Notes: generated by a model from the sequence alone, not told the origin. A DNA stretch of 64,000 bases from Candidatus Binatia bacterium (GCA_963666315.2 CAXXHG010000015.1:160001-224000), one strand, 5' to 3'; numbered from the stretch's first letter, positions 30,013 to 40,337 are shown. Numbers and translations: made by a program.

Positions 30013-30483
30013 ATGATGCGATTTGTGGCCATCCCGCTACTCTGTCTCGGTATAGTCCTGTTTTTTCGGACATCTGACGAAGAAGCTGTCGAACTGAGAC
30101 AAAAACCTCTGGTCAGGACCTCTGCATCAGCACTGGACCAAGAGTATTACAACGATCGACAGGCCGCTGAGCAAAAATACCGAGACAACGTTATCCAGGT
30201 ATCGGGCACGGTTTTACGTGTGGAGCAAGACGGCTCGGGGCAAATTTCCGTCATTTTACAAGGGGCCCAGTCAAGACTCAGTGGTATTGAGTGCCAGGTG
30301 AACCGGACGCAGATGCAGGAAGTCCAACAACTCCGAGCAGGCCAACAGATCATCGTCAAAGGCTATGGAGCCGGAAAAACGATTCATGTGCGCCTCAGAG
30401 GCTGTCTCGTCGTCCATTCCACCCATGAGTCCTCCAGAGAGAGGAATCCCACGCGACTGGCGGAACACGATCTGACAGGCTAA
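30013..30483 (+). CDS. OB-fold membrane-anchored protein (tRNA_anti-like family)
   Basis: N-terminal TM, then SASALDQEYYNDRQAAEQKYRDNVIQVSGTV...LRAGQQIIVKG...LRGC. Confidence 0.78.
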   Translation: MMRFVAIPLLCLGIVLFFRTSDEEAVELRQKPLVRTSASALDQEYYNDRQAAEQKYRDNVIQVSGTVLRVEQDGSGQISVILQGAQSRLSGIECQVNRTQMQEVQQLRAGQQIIVKGYGAGKTIHVRLRGCLVVHSTHESSRERNPTRLAEHDLTG

Positions 30484-30515
30484 CCTGTCCACTCAGAAAC
30501 AAGGAGGTCCCAGCC

Positions 30516-30893
30516 ATGAAAACCCTATTAAGCATCATGCTGCTCATGCCCTTCCTTCCTCCGCATCTCGCTGCCCAGTCTTCATATTCCATTCGCCCAG
30601 GATCTTCAGGCTCACTACTGGGTGGAGGCTCGGCAATAGGGGGCCAAGAAGAGGCAGCTGGCGACACGGGGAATACGTTGGAGGAACGACTCGATATGCG
30701 CCTGCGGTATCCGGAACTATACGGGGGAAATCTTGCGGCAGGAGCCAGCGCGGAGGAAGCGGCCAGTGATACGACAAACGGTGAAGAAGAACGGCTCGAC
30801 ATGCAAACCCGCTACCCAGAGCTGTATCTTAGCGACAAGTTGTTTGATGACGGACAACTCTTATCAACCCAAGGCTCGGGACGAGCAGAGTAA
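30516..30893 (+). CDS. Secreted low-complexity protein with a duplicated EERLDMxxRYPELY motif
   Basis: RBS AAGGAGG, a signal peptide ending LAA and two copies of a 14-aa motif. Confidence 0.6.
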   Translation: MKTLLSIMLLMPFLPPHLAAQSSYSIRPGSSGSLLGGGSAIGGQEEAAGDTGNTLEERLDMRLRYPELYGGNLAAGASAEEAASDTTNGEEERLDMQTRYPELYLSDKLFDDGQLLSTQGSGRAE

Positions 30894-30972
30894 CTCTGCG
30901 TACCCCTCTCACTCCTGCGTGACGCCTGAAAACATTGCCTCGTCTGTCTTGATATGATACTTCAGCTGCCAC

Positions 30973-31044
30973 GCCTTCGTGGTGAAATGGATATCATACA
31001 GGTCTCCGGAACCTGGGGTCCGGGTTCGATTCCCGGCGAAGGCA
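30973..31044 (+). tRNA. tRNA-Arg(CCG)
   Basis: Acceptor stem GCCTTCG/CGAAGGC, anticodon arm CAGGT-CTCCGGA-ACCTG and T-arm CCGGG-TTCGATT-CCCGG. CCA is not encoded. Confidence 0.93.
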
Positions 31045-31126
31045 ATGCTTCTTACTCGGCCGTGCATACCTCATCGCGCGCGAAAAAAATACAACATTTC
31101 ACCGGACGCTGTTTCGGGAGGCAGTC

Positions 31127-31526
31127 ATGGGTCGGAAGAAGATTCTGGTAGTGGAAGATAACGAAGACATCATGATATACTCGCGTATCGACTACGCAAG
31201 ATCGGCGACTTCGAGATCAGGGAGGCCAGCCACGGACAAGAAGCTCTTGATCTCATACTGCAGGACCCTCCCGACCTCATATTCCTCGACTTAAAGTTAC
31301 CCATTCTCGATGGCTGGGAAACGCTCGCCGGATCCGACAACTGCAGAGTCCAGCTTGTAAGGTCCCTATTATTGCATTGACCGCGCAAGCCATGGTTGGA
31401 GATGAAGAAAAGGCACTCGCCGCAGGGTGCGACGATTACATCGCTAAACCGATTATCGACGCGAATCTGGTAACGGAAAAAATCGAACGCCTCCTTGTCC
31501 AAGATCATTCGTACAAAGCGACCTAA
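31127..31526 (+). pseudogene. Single-domain response regulator (DivK/CheY-like) with two frameshifts
   Basis: MGRKKILVVEDNED / ...[17 protein letters not shown] / ...[29 protein letters not shown]. 1-nt deletions near 31170 and 31323; missed by the ORF track. Confidence 0.88.
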
Positions 31527-31605
31527 GCCCTTCCTGATACGTACACTGAGTCGGGTGAAACGCGAACCACGTATATAGAGACTTGACGTTCGGGGAAAGA
31601 TCTAT

Positions 31606-32589
31606 TTATCCCTCGGCCAACTTGTGTAGGCTGACCCCAAACGGTTCACAATAGCCGGACTCACGTGGATACACTGCTCGCCTGAGTACGGCATGCATTT
31701 GGGGCAGGTTGTAGAATGGGATAGAGGGATACAGATGATGCTCAAGGTGGTAGTTCACATTCTTGGGCGCAAAAAAGAAGCCGAGCCAGGCCGGAATAAA
31801 ATAGGTCCGGGTTTGTCGATATGGGTTATGCGGATCAGGCACATTCCCGTGTTCGATAGCACCCCGGATACGGAAAAAGACTTGGGTCCATGTACAATAC
31901 GGCACCAACCAATACAGCAAGAACATGAGTGCGGCCTGGCTCCCAACCAGCCACAGCCCTCCGATTCCCACCACACTCCAAAATAGGTAAAAGACCCACA
32001 TATCAGCTGCCTGGCGGTATTGGGCTGCACGCGCTTCACCCAAAAAACTACGGTTAAAGGCCGAAGTCACCAACGGAATATCAATAAAATATTTGAGCGT
32101 AGAGATGACGTTAAGCCCACAGACATCGCGCACTAAGAGTCCCAAGAATTGCTTGCTGGCCAGCGGATAACGGGCATAGATGGCACGGTCGGGATCATCT
32201 GACGTGTTGGTATATTGATGGTGCGAGAGGTGAATATAGCGCCATTTAGCCAGCGAAATAAAAACCGGGCAGCCTGCAGTGAGCCGAGCCAGCCAGTCGT
32301 TGATCCAGAGAGTGCGTGACAGCCGTTTATGGATGCCCTCGTGCACCAGCACCATGAGCGCATGTTGGCGTGAAGCGACGATTGCCACGCTGAAAAGGTA
32401 GACGAGAACCCCCAGGATGCCCGACGTAAGCGGCACCAGAACAGCACTCAGGTAAACGGCGGCAGCCACAACCAGCCAGATTTCAGCCAGGTGGTAGAGC
32501 GCCGTCTGGGTGCTGACCCGAGAGAGTCTTTTGACCACCTGGCGCACGCCTGATGTATCATTCAGAACTGGTGCTTCTGTTGTTTGCAC
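31606..32589 (-). CDS. Fatty acid desaturase family protein
   Basis: His boxes HEGIH, HLSHH and YHLEHHLYP. Confidence 0.9.
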   Translation of the reverse strand: MQTTEAPVLNDTSGVRQVVKRLSRVSTQTALYHLAEIWLVVAAAVYLSAVLVPLTSGILGVLVYLFSVAIVASRQHALMVLVHEGIHKRLSRTLWINDWLARLTAGCPVFISLAKWRYIHLSHHQYTNTSDDPDRAIYARYPLASKQFLGLLVRDVCGLNVISTLKYFIDIPLVTSAFNRSFLGEARAAQYRQAADMWVFYLFWSVVGIGGLWLVGSQAALMFLLYWLVPYCTWTQVFFRIRGAIEHGNVPDPHNPYRQTRTYFIPAWLGFFFAPKNVNYHLEHHLYPSIPFYNLPQMHAVLRRAVYPRESGYCEPFGVSLHKLAEG

Positions 32590-32710
32590 AGCCCCGATCT
32601 ATACCAGACAAACTCTTCCTGGCAATCCCTGCTCCCGCTTGCTAAAACCCTAAGTGAGGACGGCCCCTTGCTAAGGGGACGCTGCGGATCATCAAATGAG
32701 AGGAGAGAGC

Positions 32711-33517
32711 ATGCCACACGCGCAAGTTAATGAGCTGAATATTCACTATACCATTCAAGGCCAGGGCCAGCCGCTGTTACTCATCATGGGATTGGGCGGG
32801 CCGGCAGCGGCCTGGGATCTCGAATTTGTGCAACGCATGGCCGCCGACTATAAGGTTATTACCTATGACAATCGTGGTACTGGGCGGTCAGACAAACCCG
32901 ATGAACCCTACTCGATTGCACTCTTTGCCAGTGACGCGGTGGGCTTGCTGAGCGCACTCCATATCCCACGTGCGCATGTTTTTGGCATTTCGATGGGCGG
33001 CATGATAGCCCAGGAAATCGGCATTCACCATCCACACCATGTGGCGAGTTTGACGCTCGGTTGTACCACCCCAGGCGGCAAGCACTCCGTCCCTGCCCCA
33101 CCCGAGTCCATGAAAGCGCTCAAAGGGCAGCCCGGACAGACGCCTGAAGACGCCATTCGAGATGGTTGGAAATTATCCTACTCGGAAGACTATATTGCCG
33201 CCCACCGAGATGAACTCGAAGCCACCATGCGCCGCGTACTCGAATATTCCACACCTTACTTTGCCTACAACCGCCACTTCGAAGCGACCATGACACTCCG
33301 CGTATACAAGCAGCTCAAGGAGATTAACTCCCCAACCTTGATCGCTACTGGCCGTGAGGACGTGCTTATTCCAGCGGCGAATTCTGAAATCTTAGCCAGA
33401 GAAATCCCGAATTCTCAATTAGCCATATTCGACAACGCCGGACACGGTTTCGTCTCCTCCGCGCGCGAGCCGTTTACCTCACGCCTCAAAGAGTTCTTGT
33501 CACAAAATAGTCTATAG
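32711..33517 (+). CDS. Alpha/beta hydrolase
   Basis: YDNRGTGRS, GISMGG, EDVLIP and NAGHG motifs. Confidence 0.92.
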   Translation: MPHAQVNELNIHYTIQGQGQPLLLIMGLGGPAAAWDLEFVQRMAADYKVITYDNRGTGRSDKPDEPYSIALFASDAVGLLSALHIPRAHVFGISMGGMIAQEIGIHHPHHVASLTLGCTTPGGKHSVPAPPESMKALKGQPGQTPEDAIRDGWKLSYSEDYIAAHRDELEATMRRVLEYSTPYFAYNRHFEATMTLRVYKQLKEINSPTLIATGREDVLIPAANSEILAREIPNSQLAIFDNAGHGFVSSAREPFTSRLKEFLSQNSL

Positions 33518-33565
33518 GCAGCCAGTAGGTGGCCTGTACGTCTCTGGCGCGGATTCTGTCTTCTC

Positions 33566-34546
33566 ATGGCGGTAGCAATTTACCCAATCCACTTTGGCTT
33601 TACGCCCCTTGTGGATGCGCAGACCATGGCCCCCACAAAGCTCGGAGGCGTATCGATTCTCGGCTTTGCATTCGATCCAACCACACCCAATTTACTCTAC
33701 GCCGCAACAGGCGATGGCGTTTTTACAAGTTCGGACGGTGGGAAAACCTGGCCTACGCTGAACAATGGCTTGACGGATTGAAACATTGAAGCCGTTGCGA
33801 TTGATCCTCACGATCCCAGCATTTTATATGCGGCGGCGTATGGCGGGCTGTTCAAGAGTACAACCGCTGGAGAAAATTGGGCGCCGGCCAACACCGGCCT
33901 TCCGGCGAATACGCATCCTTATTTCTTTGCTCTGGACCCCAAACAATCGGGCCATGTGTATACCGCCAGCGGGGACGGCATATTTGAAAGCGCGAATCGA
34001 GGCGAGCAGTGGACGGCTCGTGATACAGGTCTGACCGGGACAAAAATTAACGCGCTGGCCAGCGTGCCGACTCACCCCCTGACGCTCTATATCTGCACCT
34101 TAAAGAATGGGGTTTTCCAGAGCACGGATGCCGGGCAGCCCTGGACCCCAAAGAGCACGGGCTTGCTGGATATGTTTATCCCTGCGTTGACGGTCGATCC
34201 CACCAATCCAGCACTGCTGTATGCCGCGACCGGCGCCGGCATCTTTACCAGCCACGATGCGGGGGCGCACTGGGCGGCTGCAAATACCGGCATTTCAGCC
34301 GGAACCTTTGTCGGCTCACTCAACCTTGATCCAACTGAGCCGAAGACGTTACACGCCGGGACTGATCAAGGCGTCTTCAAAACGACAACGGCAGGCACGA
34401 GCTGGACAGCCAGCAATACCGGACTGACGGATACAAACATTGAGGTGCTTGCTTTAGATCCGTATAATCCGCAAACTTTGTATGTGGGCACCTTTAGCGG
34501 CGTCTTCAAAACAACAGACGGCGGCACCAACTGGGTACGGCGGTAA
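33566..34546 (+). pseudogene. BNR/Asp-box (VPS10-like) beta-propeller protein with an in-frame stop
   Basis: About 7 repeats of DPxxPxxLYA.T..GVF.S.DGG..W...N.GL. An in-frame TGA at 33779-33781 (LTD*NIE, versus LTDTNIE in the last repeat) separates ORFs 33566 and 33956, which share one frame. Confidence 0.82.
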
Positions 34547-34579
34547 TATCGGTCCCACAGGACAGGCTGAGAGAGCACT

Positions 34580-35197
34580 ATGGCACGTGTGGCAATCAAA
34601 AGACCAGAGACGATTGACGACCCAATCATCCAAGAGATCTTCAGTTGGGTGACCGATATGGAAGGCGAAGTACCGAATCATATCTATATAGAGATGAACT
34701 TTCCCGAGCTGCTGAAAGCCAAGCTGGGAACAACCAAAGTCTTGTGGCAGCTGGGTGAACTCTCCATGTCGGAGATCCAGCATGTCGGCATCGCCGTTTC
34801 TAAAGCGAACGGCTGTCCGTACTGTACGGCCGCATTCTGCACCATTTTGAACTACGGCCTGCAGACCGACGAGGAATATACCAAGCAATTCCTTGAAGAA
34901 GGGACGGCGGCTCTTTCAGACCCACGCCTAAGAACCCTTGTTGAGTTCGCCCTCAAGGTGAACCTCAGCCCTAAGGATGTTACTGACGAAGACGTTGCCC
35001 AACTCCGAGAAGTCGACCTGACCGACAAAGGCGTCGTACAACTCATCCATCTCGTCAGTGATTTTGCTTCGTATAATCGTCTCAACCTGGCGCTCGCCAC
35101 AGACTACGACTACCGAGATCTGTGGCGACAAGTCGGCTTTGGCTGGCACCAACAGCCAGGAGAGCTCGAAGGGGACAACACGCGCGGCGTTCGCTAA
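34580..35197 (+). CDS. AhpD/carboxymuconolactone decarboxylase-like peroxidase
   Basis: VSKANGCPYC motif and helical CMD-like pattern. Confidence 0.82.
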   Translation: MARVAIKRPETIDDPIIQEIFSWVTDMEGEVPNHIYIEMNFPELLKAKLGTTKVLWQLGELSMSEIQHVGIAVSKANGCPYCTAAFCTILNYGLQTDEEYTKQFLEEGTAALSDPRLRTLVEFALKVNLSPKDVTDEDVAQLREVDLTDKGVVQLIHLVSDFASYNRLNLALATDYDYRDLWRQVGFGWHQQPGELEGDNTRGVR

Positions 35198-35270
35198 AAT
35201 TGTGACAAGGGTCCTTATTAAGGTTTACCGTGGGGCTTTCCATTCTCTTATCAGTTCTCTCTTCTTAGTC

Positions 35271-35291
35271 CCCTCTCCCGCTGGGAGAGGG
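35271..35291. repeat. REP-like palindrome
   Basis: CCCTCTCCC-gct-GGGAGAGGG. Confidence 0.7.
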
Positions 35292-35318
35292 CTCTTCTTT
35301 TTCAACAAGCGAGGATTT

Positions 35319-35681
35319 ATGCAACAAGACAACAGCGAGATCAAAGGCTTTCATGCTCATGTGTATTACGACGAACCCAGCCGTTCGACGGCCGAGGGTA
35401 TTCGCGAGGCATTAGGTGATCAGTTCGATGTCGAGCTCGGCCGCTGGCGCGAGGAACCCGTCGGCCCGCACCCGCAGGCCATGTATCAAGTCGCTTTTAA
35501 TTCAGATCAGTTTGACAAGGTCGTCCCCTGGTTGATGTTGAATCATTCCGGACTCAGCGTCCTCATCCATCCCCGCGCCGGTGACGATGTCGCCGATCAT
35601 ACGGGCCGGGCATTATGGTTGGGGGAAATACTTGAGCTGAACGTCGAGTTTCTGCGAAATTTTGAGAAAAACAAATCGTAG
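35319..35681 (+). CDS. DOPA 4,5-dioxygenase family protein
   Basis: FHAHVYY, VGPHPQAMYQVAF, WLMLNH.GLSVLIHP and DH...ALWLG motifs. Confidence 0.92.
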   Translation: MQQDNSEIKGFHAHVYYDEPSRSTAEGIREALGDQFDVELGRWREEPVGPHPQAMYQVAFNSDQFDKVVPWLMLNHSGLSVLIHPRAGDDVADHTGRALWLGEILELNVEFLRNFEKNKS

Positions 35682-35700
35682 GGGCGAGGGGACCTCGCCC
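35678..35700 (+). repeat. GTAG-type REP
   Basis: GTAG-GGGCGAGG-gga-CCTCGCCC; supplies the TAG stop of the upstream gene. Confidence 0.7.
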
Positions 35701-35744
35701 ACCGGCCGGCCACAACGCATCCCAAAACATCAGACAAATCCCCC

Positions 35745-36173
35745 ATGCGTTTCCTCATCCTGCACGTCAACGCCTTCTGCTGCACCATCACAAAAAAAGG
35801 CCGATCCAAGGTCTACGAAGACTACGACGATCCTGTAACCAAAGTGGACAACGCGCTCGTGGTACTGGCCAGTGTCGAGCAAGGCGATGAAGAGAACCCT
35901 GACCGCGTCGCACGGCGTGCGAGTGACGAAATCGCCAAACTGGCCAATCAACTCAAAGTGACCACCATCGTCCTCCACCCTTTTCCCCACCTATTTGCCA
36001 CGCTCGGCTCGCCACAAGACGCAATCGATATTTTAGATCGAACACACCAATGCCTGATCGAAGCGAAACTCGACAGCACCCGCACCCCGTTTGGTTGGTT
36101 TAATACCTTACAGATAGATACCAAGGGCCATCCGCTGTCGCGTGTGGCGCGGATTGTAACGGCTGGAGATTAG
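35745..36173 (+). CDS. Stand-alone archaeal-type threonyl-tRNA synthetase editing domain
   Basis: MRFLILH, VE.GDE, LHPFPHL, PFGWF and KGHPLS match the tRNA-Thr_ED pattern (YPYAHL, PFGWYK, KGHPL). Confidence 0.85.
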   Translation: MRFLILHVNAFCCTITKKGRSKVYEDYDDPVTKVDNALVVLASVEQGDEENPDRVARRASDEIAKLANQLKVTTIVLHPFPHLFATLGSPQDAIDILDRTHQCLIEAKLDSTRTPFGWFNTLQIDTKGHPLSRVARIVTAGD

Positions 36174-36223
36174 GGATTAACTAGGTTCCCATAACAAAAT
36201 GAAACTCTAACGCGGCGGAAGCA

Positions 36224-36685
36224 ATGAATGTCTTTATCGGTCTGCTCATTACTGCCGGGCTATCCATCGTGGGTATGGCCCATAACGCCCACGCTCTCAG
36301 CAGCGACGCCAAGACCCAGCTCCAATCTGCAAAAGAAATCTATGTTGCCACCCAACGCAAGAATGGCGAGTGGAGTACTGCCGCGCCCATTTGGTTTATG
36401 TATGCCGATGACGTGGTGTATTTTACCGTCGGCCCGACATCGTATAAAGCCAGACGGATTAAGAGTGGTCGCAATGCCGTCCGTATTTGGGTCGGCAGCA
36501 AAGACGGACCTATGTTTAGCGGTAAAGCGGGAATTTTCACCGACTCGACTATGGTGGAGCGCATGGGCGAAGCCTACAAAAAAAAATACTGGCTGGCATG
36601 GTTTGGATTCGCTCGGCCGCGCGCGAGCCGGGTTGAATCAGGTAAGACGGTTGCCATCAAAGTCATCCCCGATGCTGCCGAGTGA
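36224..36685 (+). CDS. Secreted PPOX-like / DUF2255-like split-barrel protein
   Basis: Signal peptide ending AHA, then YVATQRKNG..S.AAPIWF, KARRI and AYKKKY. Confidence 0.7.
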   Translation: MNVFIGLLITAGLSIVGMAHNAHALSSDAKTQLQSAKEIYVATQRKNGEWSTAAPIWFMYADDVVYFTVGPTSYKARRIKSGRNAVRIWVGSKDGPMFSGKAGIFTDSTMVERMGEAYKKKYWLAWFGFARPRASRVESGKTVAIKVIPDAAE

Positions 36686-36703
36686 CGAAAGGAAAGACCA
36701 AGC

Positions 36704-37879
36704 ATGGAGCAGAAACAGATAGATGCCGTCCTGAATCAAGCCGTTGAGTCCGGGGACATCCCTGGTGTAGTCGCCATGGTTGCTACGGACTCGGGTCTTG
36801 TGTACGAAGGCGCGTTTGGCACGCGCAAGCTGCGCAGCGGCAGCGCTATGACAAAGGATACAGTCTTTCGTATCGCTTCTATGACCAAGGCCGTCGCGTC
36901 TACGGCAGCCTTACAACTTGTCGAGCAGGGAAAATTCGGACTCGACCAGCCCGTGGGCGAAGTCGTCCCTGAGCTGGCGAACCTTGAGGTCCTGGAAGGC
37001 TTTGATACAGATGGGAAACCCAAACTACGACCGGCTGCACGCCCGGTCACCGCGCGCCAGCTCCTGACCCATACGGCCGGCTTTGGGTATGAGATCTGGA
37101 ATCCTGCTCTGCTCAAATACCAAGAGGCCTCATCCACACCCGGCGTTGCCAGCGGTAAGAAATCCGGGCTCAAGATGCCCCTTGCTTTTGATCCGGGCGA
37201 ACGCTGGGAATACGGCATTAATATCGACTGGGTCGGTCAACTGGTTGAAGCCGCCAGTGGCCTCACCTTAGACGTGTATCTCGAGCAGCATATTCTTGAA
37301 CCGCTCGGCATGACGGATACCAGCTTTGTGCGTTCGGCAGAACAAAATGCGCGCACCGTAAGTATCCATCAGCGCGGAGAAGACGGAACGTTAGCACCCA
37401 TCGAGCTTGAACTGGTTCCGGACGATGCTGAATACTACAGTGGTGGCCACGGGCTCAATTCTACAGCAAAAGACTACCTTGCCTTTGTGCAGATGATACT
37501 CAAAGGCGGCAGCCATAATGGGACGAAAATCCTCAAACCGGAAACAGTCTCTCTTATGGCAGAAAACCATATCGGCGATCTTGCTGCGGGAAATATGAAA
37601 ACAGCGGCTCCTGCTCTTTCCAACGATGTACAATTCTTTCCCGGTGTCGTGCATAAACACGGGCTCGGATTTCTGATCAACACCAGCGCCATTCCCGGAG
37701 CGCGTTCCGCCGCTAGTCTGGGGTGGGCCGGCATCTTTAACTCGTATTATTGGATTGATCCCACCAAACGTGTGGCCGGAGTCATCATGATGCAAATTCT
37801 GCCTTTCTTTGATGACAAGGCTGTTCCCGTATACGAACAGTTCGAGAAAGCCACCTACGCCGCGTTAGGTTTGGTCTGA
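36704..37879 (+). CDS. Serine hydrolase, beta-lactamase/esterase family
   Basis: IASMTK (SxxK), LLTHTAG, PGERWEYG and WAGIFNSYYWIDP motifs. Confidence 0.92.
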   Translation: MEQKQIDAVLNQAVESGDIPGVVAMVATDSGLVYEGAFGTRKLRSGSAMTKDTVFRIASMTKAVASTAALQLVEQGKFGLDQPVGEVVPELANLEVLEGFDTDGKPKLRPAARPVTARQLLTHTAGFGYEIWNPALLKYQEASSTPGVASGKKSGLKMPLAFDPGERWEYGINIDWVGQLVEAASGLTLDVYLEQHILEPLGMTDTSFVRSAEQNARTVSIHQRGEDGTLAPIELELVPDDAEYYSGGHGLNSTAKDYLAFVQMILKGGSHNGTKILKPETVSLMAENHIGDLAAGNMKTAAPALSNDVQFFPGVVHKHGLGFLINTSAIPGARSAASLGWAGIFNSYYWIDPTKRVAGVIMMQILPFFDDKAVPVYEQFEKATYAALGLV

Positions 37880-38042
37880 GGCTCCACCTGCAGACTGCCG
37901 CACGGCCAGCTGCCAGCTAGGATTGACCACGCGAGTGGGTCCGGTATGGTTTTTCTAACATTAGTAAGTTCACCTCATGATCCGAGGCGATAGCGAAATC
38001 ATACCGCTCGCTTATTTTACGACGCAAGAACTGGAGGACATT

Positions 38043-39248
38043 ATGGAACGCCCCTTACATTTTGGTATTTTCATGGCCCCGTTTCATCCCGTGGGTCAAA
38101 ACCCGACGCTCGCCCTTGAGCGCGATCTCGAACTGATCGTGCGCTTAGATGAACTGGGGTATGACGAGGCCTGGATCGGCGAACACCACTCCGCAGGCTT
38201 AGAAATTATTGCCTCACCCGAGATCTTCATTGCTGCGGCAGCCCAGCGCACGCGCCACATCCGATTAGGCACAGGCGTTAGCTCGCTGCCCTACCACCAT
38301 CCCTTAATTCTAGCGGACCGCATCGTTCAACTCGACCATATGACGCGCGGACGCGTCATGTTTGGCGTTGGCCCAGGCGCCTTACCGTCCGACGCTCACA
38401 TGATGGGCATAGACCCCGCCAGCCAACGCAGACGCATGGAAGAGTCTCTGGGTGCCATCATGCAACTCCTCACTTCGGATGAACCGGTCAGCATAGAAAC
38501 CGACTGGTTCACGTTGAAGGATGCTCGACTCCAGCTCCGTCCCTACACGTATCCTCACTTTGAGATTACAGTCGCCGCCACGGTTTCTCCCTCAGGACCG
38601 CGTACAGCCGGACGTTACGGCGTTGGCCTGCTCTCTCTTGGCGCTACCAGTATGGGCGGCTTTGCCGTGCTCGGCGATCATTGGAAAATCTGGAACGACC
38701 AAGCCCAAGAGTACGGCCACACGGTTGACCGTTCCGCCTGGCGCTTAGTCGGCCCGATGCATATCGCTCCGACGCGCGAACAAGCGTTCAAGGAAATCGA
38801 GTACGGCATTTATGACTGGGTTGATTACTTTCAGAATGTCGTTGCCCTGCCCCTCGCGCCAGAGGAAACAGATCCCCACAAATGGCCCCAGGCGCTTGTT
38901 GACTCTGGTACTGCGGTGATTGGCACCCCAGACGATGCGATTGCCCAGCTTACACGCCTAAGAGAACAGTCCGGAGGATTCGGGTGTTTCATGATCATGG
39001 CCAATGATTGGGTCGAGCGACAGGCATCGCTGAATTCTTACGAACTGCTGGCCAAGGAAGTCTTTCCGCACTTCCAAGGCTCTGCCGACCGTGCCGTGGC
39101 TTCGCGGGACTGGTGCCGCGACGATCATGACACCCTTATCGGTGGCGCCATGAATGCCGTGATCCAAGAAATTGACCGCTACGAAAAGGATACCGGCTAC
39201 CGGATTGCCATTGCCGATGCGGCCCAGGGCCAGTCCAACGCGAAGTAA
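38043..39248 (+). CDS. LLM-class flavin monooxygenase (limonene monooxygenase-like)
   Basis: FGIFMAPFH, EAWIGEHHS, LGTGVSSLPYHHP and GVGPGALPSD motifs. Confidence 0.9.
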   Translation: MERPLHFGIFMAPFHPVGQNPTLALERDLELIVRLDELGYDEAWIGEHHSAGLEIIASPEIFIAAAAQRTRHIRLGTGVSSLPYHHPLILADRIVQLDHMTRGRVMFGVGPGALPSDAHMMGIDPASQRRRMEESLGAIMQLLTSDEPVSIETDWFTLKDARLQLRPYTYPHFEITVAATVSPSGPRTAGRYGVGLLSLGATSMGGFAVLGDHWKIWNDQAQEYGHTVDRSAWRLVGPMHIAPTREQAFKEIEYGIYDWVDYFQNVVALPLAPEETDPHKWPQALVDSGTAVIGTPDDAIAQLTRLREQSGGFGCFMIMANDWVERQASLNSYELLAKEVFPHFQGSADRAVASRDWCRDDHDTLIGGAMNAVIQEIDRYEKDTGYRIAIADAAQGQSNAK

Positions 39249-39318
39249 ACAGTCTGTCCGACCGGTAGTACTCTCTCAGGGCTGAAGTGAGGAGTCTGTC
39301 ATTCTGAGGAGCCTACAT

Positions 39319-40275
39319 ATGCAAAACCGCAATTTTCAGATGATTGAAACCAATGGCATCCGTTTACGCACGGTTGTCGAAGGCGACGGCCCACGCGTCA
39401 TTCTCCTGCATGGCTTTCCGCAGTGTTGATATCTGTGGCGACACCAGATCGATCCCTTGGTTGAGGCCGGGTTTCAAGTCGCAGTTCCTGATCAACGTGG
39501 CTACGGCGGCAGCGATAAACCAGAAACCATAGAAGCATATTATATCGTGGACCTCAGCAACGATGTTGCCGGCATTGCGGATGCGCTCGGCCATGAGCAG
39601 TTCCTCGTTGTCGGCCATGATTGGGGCGCGCCTGTGGCCTGGCACACTGCCCTACTCCACGCTGATCGGGTCAAGGCCGTCGCTGGCCTCAGCGTTCCCT
39701 ATGTGCGAGGCCAGGCGGGCGTGATGACCAAGCAAGAAAATTTCGGCGACAATTTCTGGTACATCGTCTACTTCCAAACGCCGGGAGTGGCAGAAGCAGA
39801 GTTTGAAGCGGATATTCGGAAGACCTTGCGCATCACATATGATGCAGTGTCGGGTGATGCCTCAGGCGATGCGGTGCAGATTCAGAAACCTGCCACCGCA
39901 AAATTTCTCGACGGTATGGCTGACCCGGAAACGCTCCCTGCTTGGCTCACGGAAGAAGATCTCGATTACTATGTCGCCCAGTACGAGCAGAGTGGTTTTC
40001 GGGGCCCGATCAATTGGTATCGGAATATTGACCGCAACCTCGACCTGACGCCACAGTTAGCAAGCGCCAAAATAGAACGACCTGCCATTTTTATTGCTGG
40101 CAATAAAGACCCCGTCCTATCTTTTGGCGGCGGCGGTTGGGTCGATCTCATGGATCATTTTACAACTGACTTACGAGGAAAGATCTATATCGATGGAGCC
40201 GGCCACTGGGTTCAGATGGAACGACCCAAGGAAGTGAATGAGGCTTTACTCGGCTTTTTGCAGCAATTCGCGTGA
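39319..40275 (+). pseudogene. Alpha/beta epoxide hydrolase with a nonsense mutation
   Basis: LLHGFPQC*YLWRHQ (Trp TGG>TGA at 39427-39429), then GHDWGA, NWYRN and GAGHWVQME. Confidence 0.9.
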
Positions 40276-40295
40276 GCCGTTCGTGCAATTGATTT

Positions 40296-40320
40296 GTAGG
40301 GGCAATTCCTGAATTGCCCC
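40296..40320 (+). repeat. GTAG-type REP
   Basis: GTA-GGGGCAATTC-ct-GAATTGCCCC between convergent genes. Confidence 0.75.
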
Positions 40321-40337
40321 ATTCACTGCGATTTACT

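Noticed and set aside
30954-31161. Short ORFs across 30954-31161
   Set aside because: They overlap tRNA-Arg and the start of the receiver pseudogene.
30973-31600. Integrative element at tRNA-Arg
   Set aside because: No integrase and no duplicated tRNA 3' end seen in the window.
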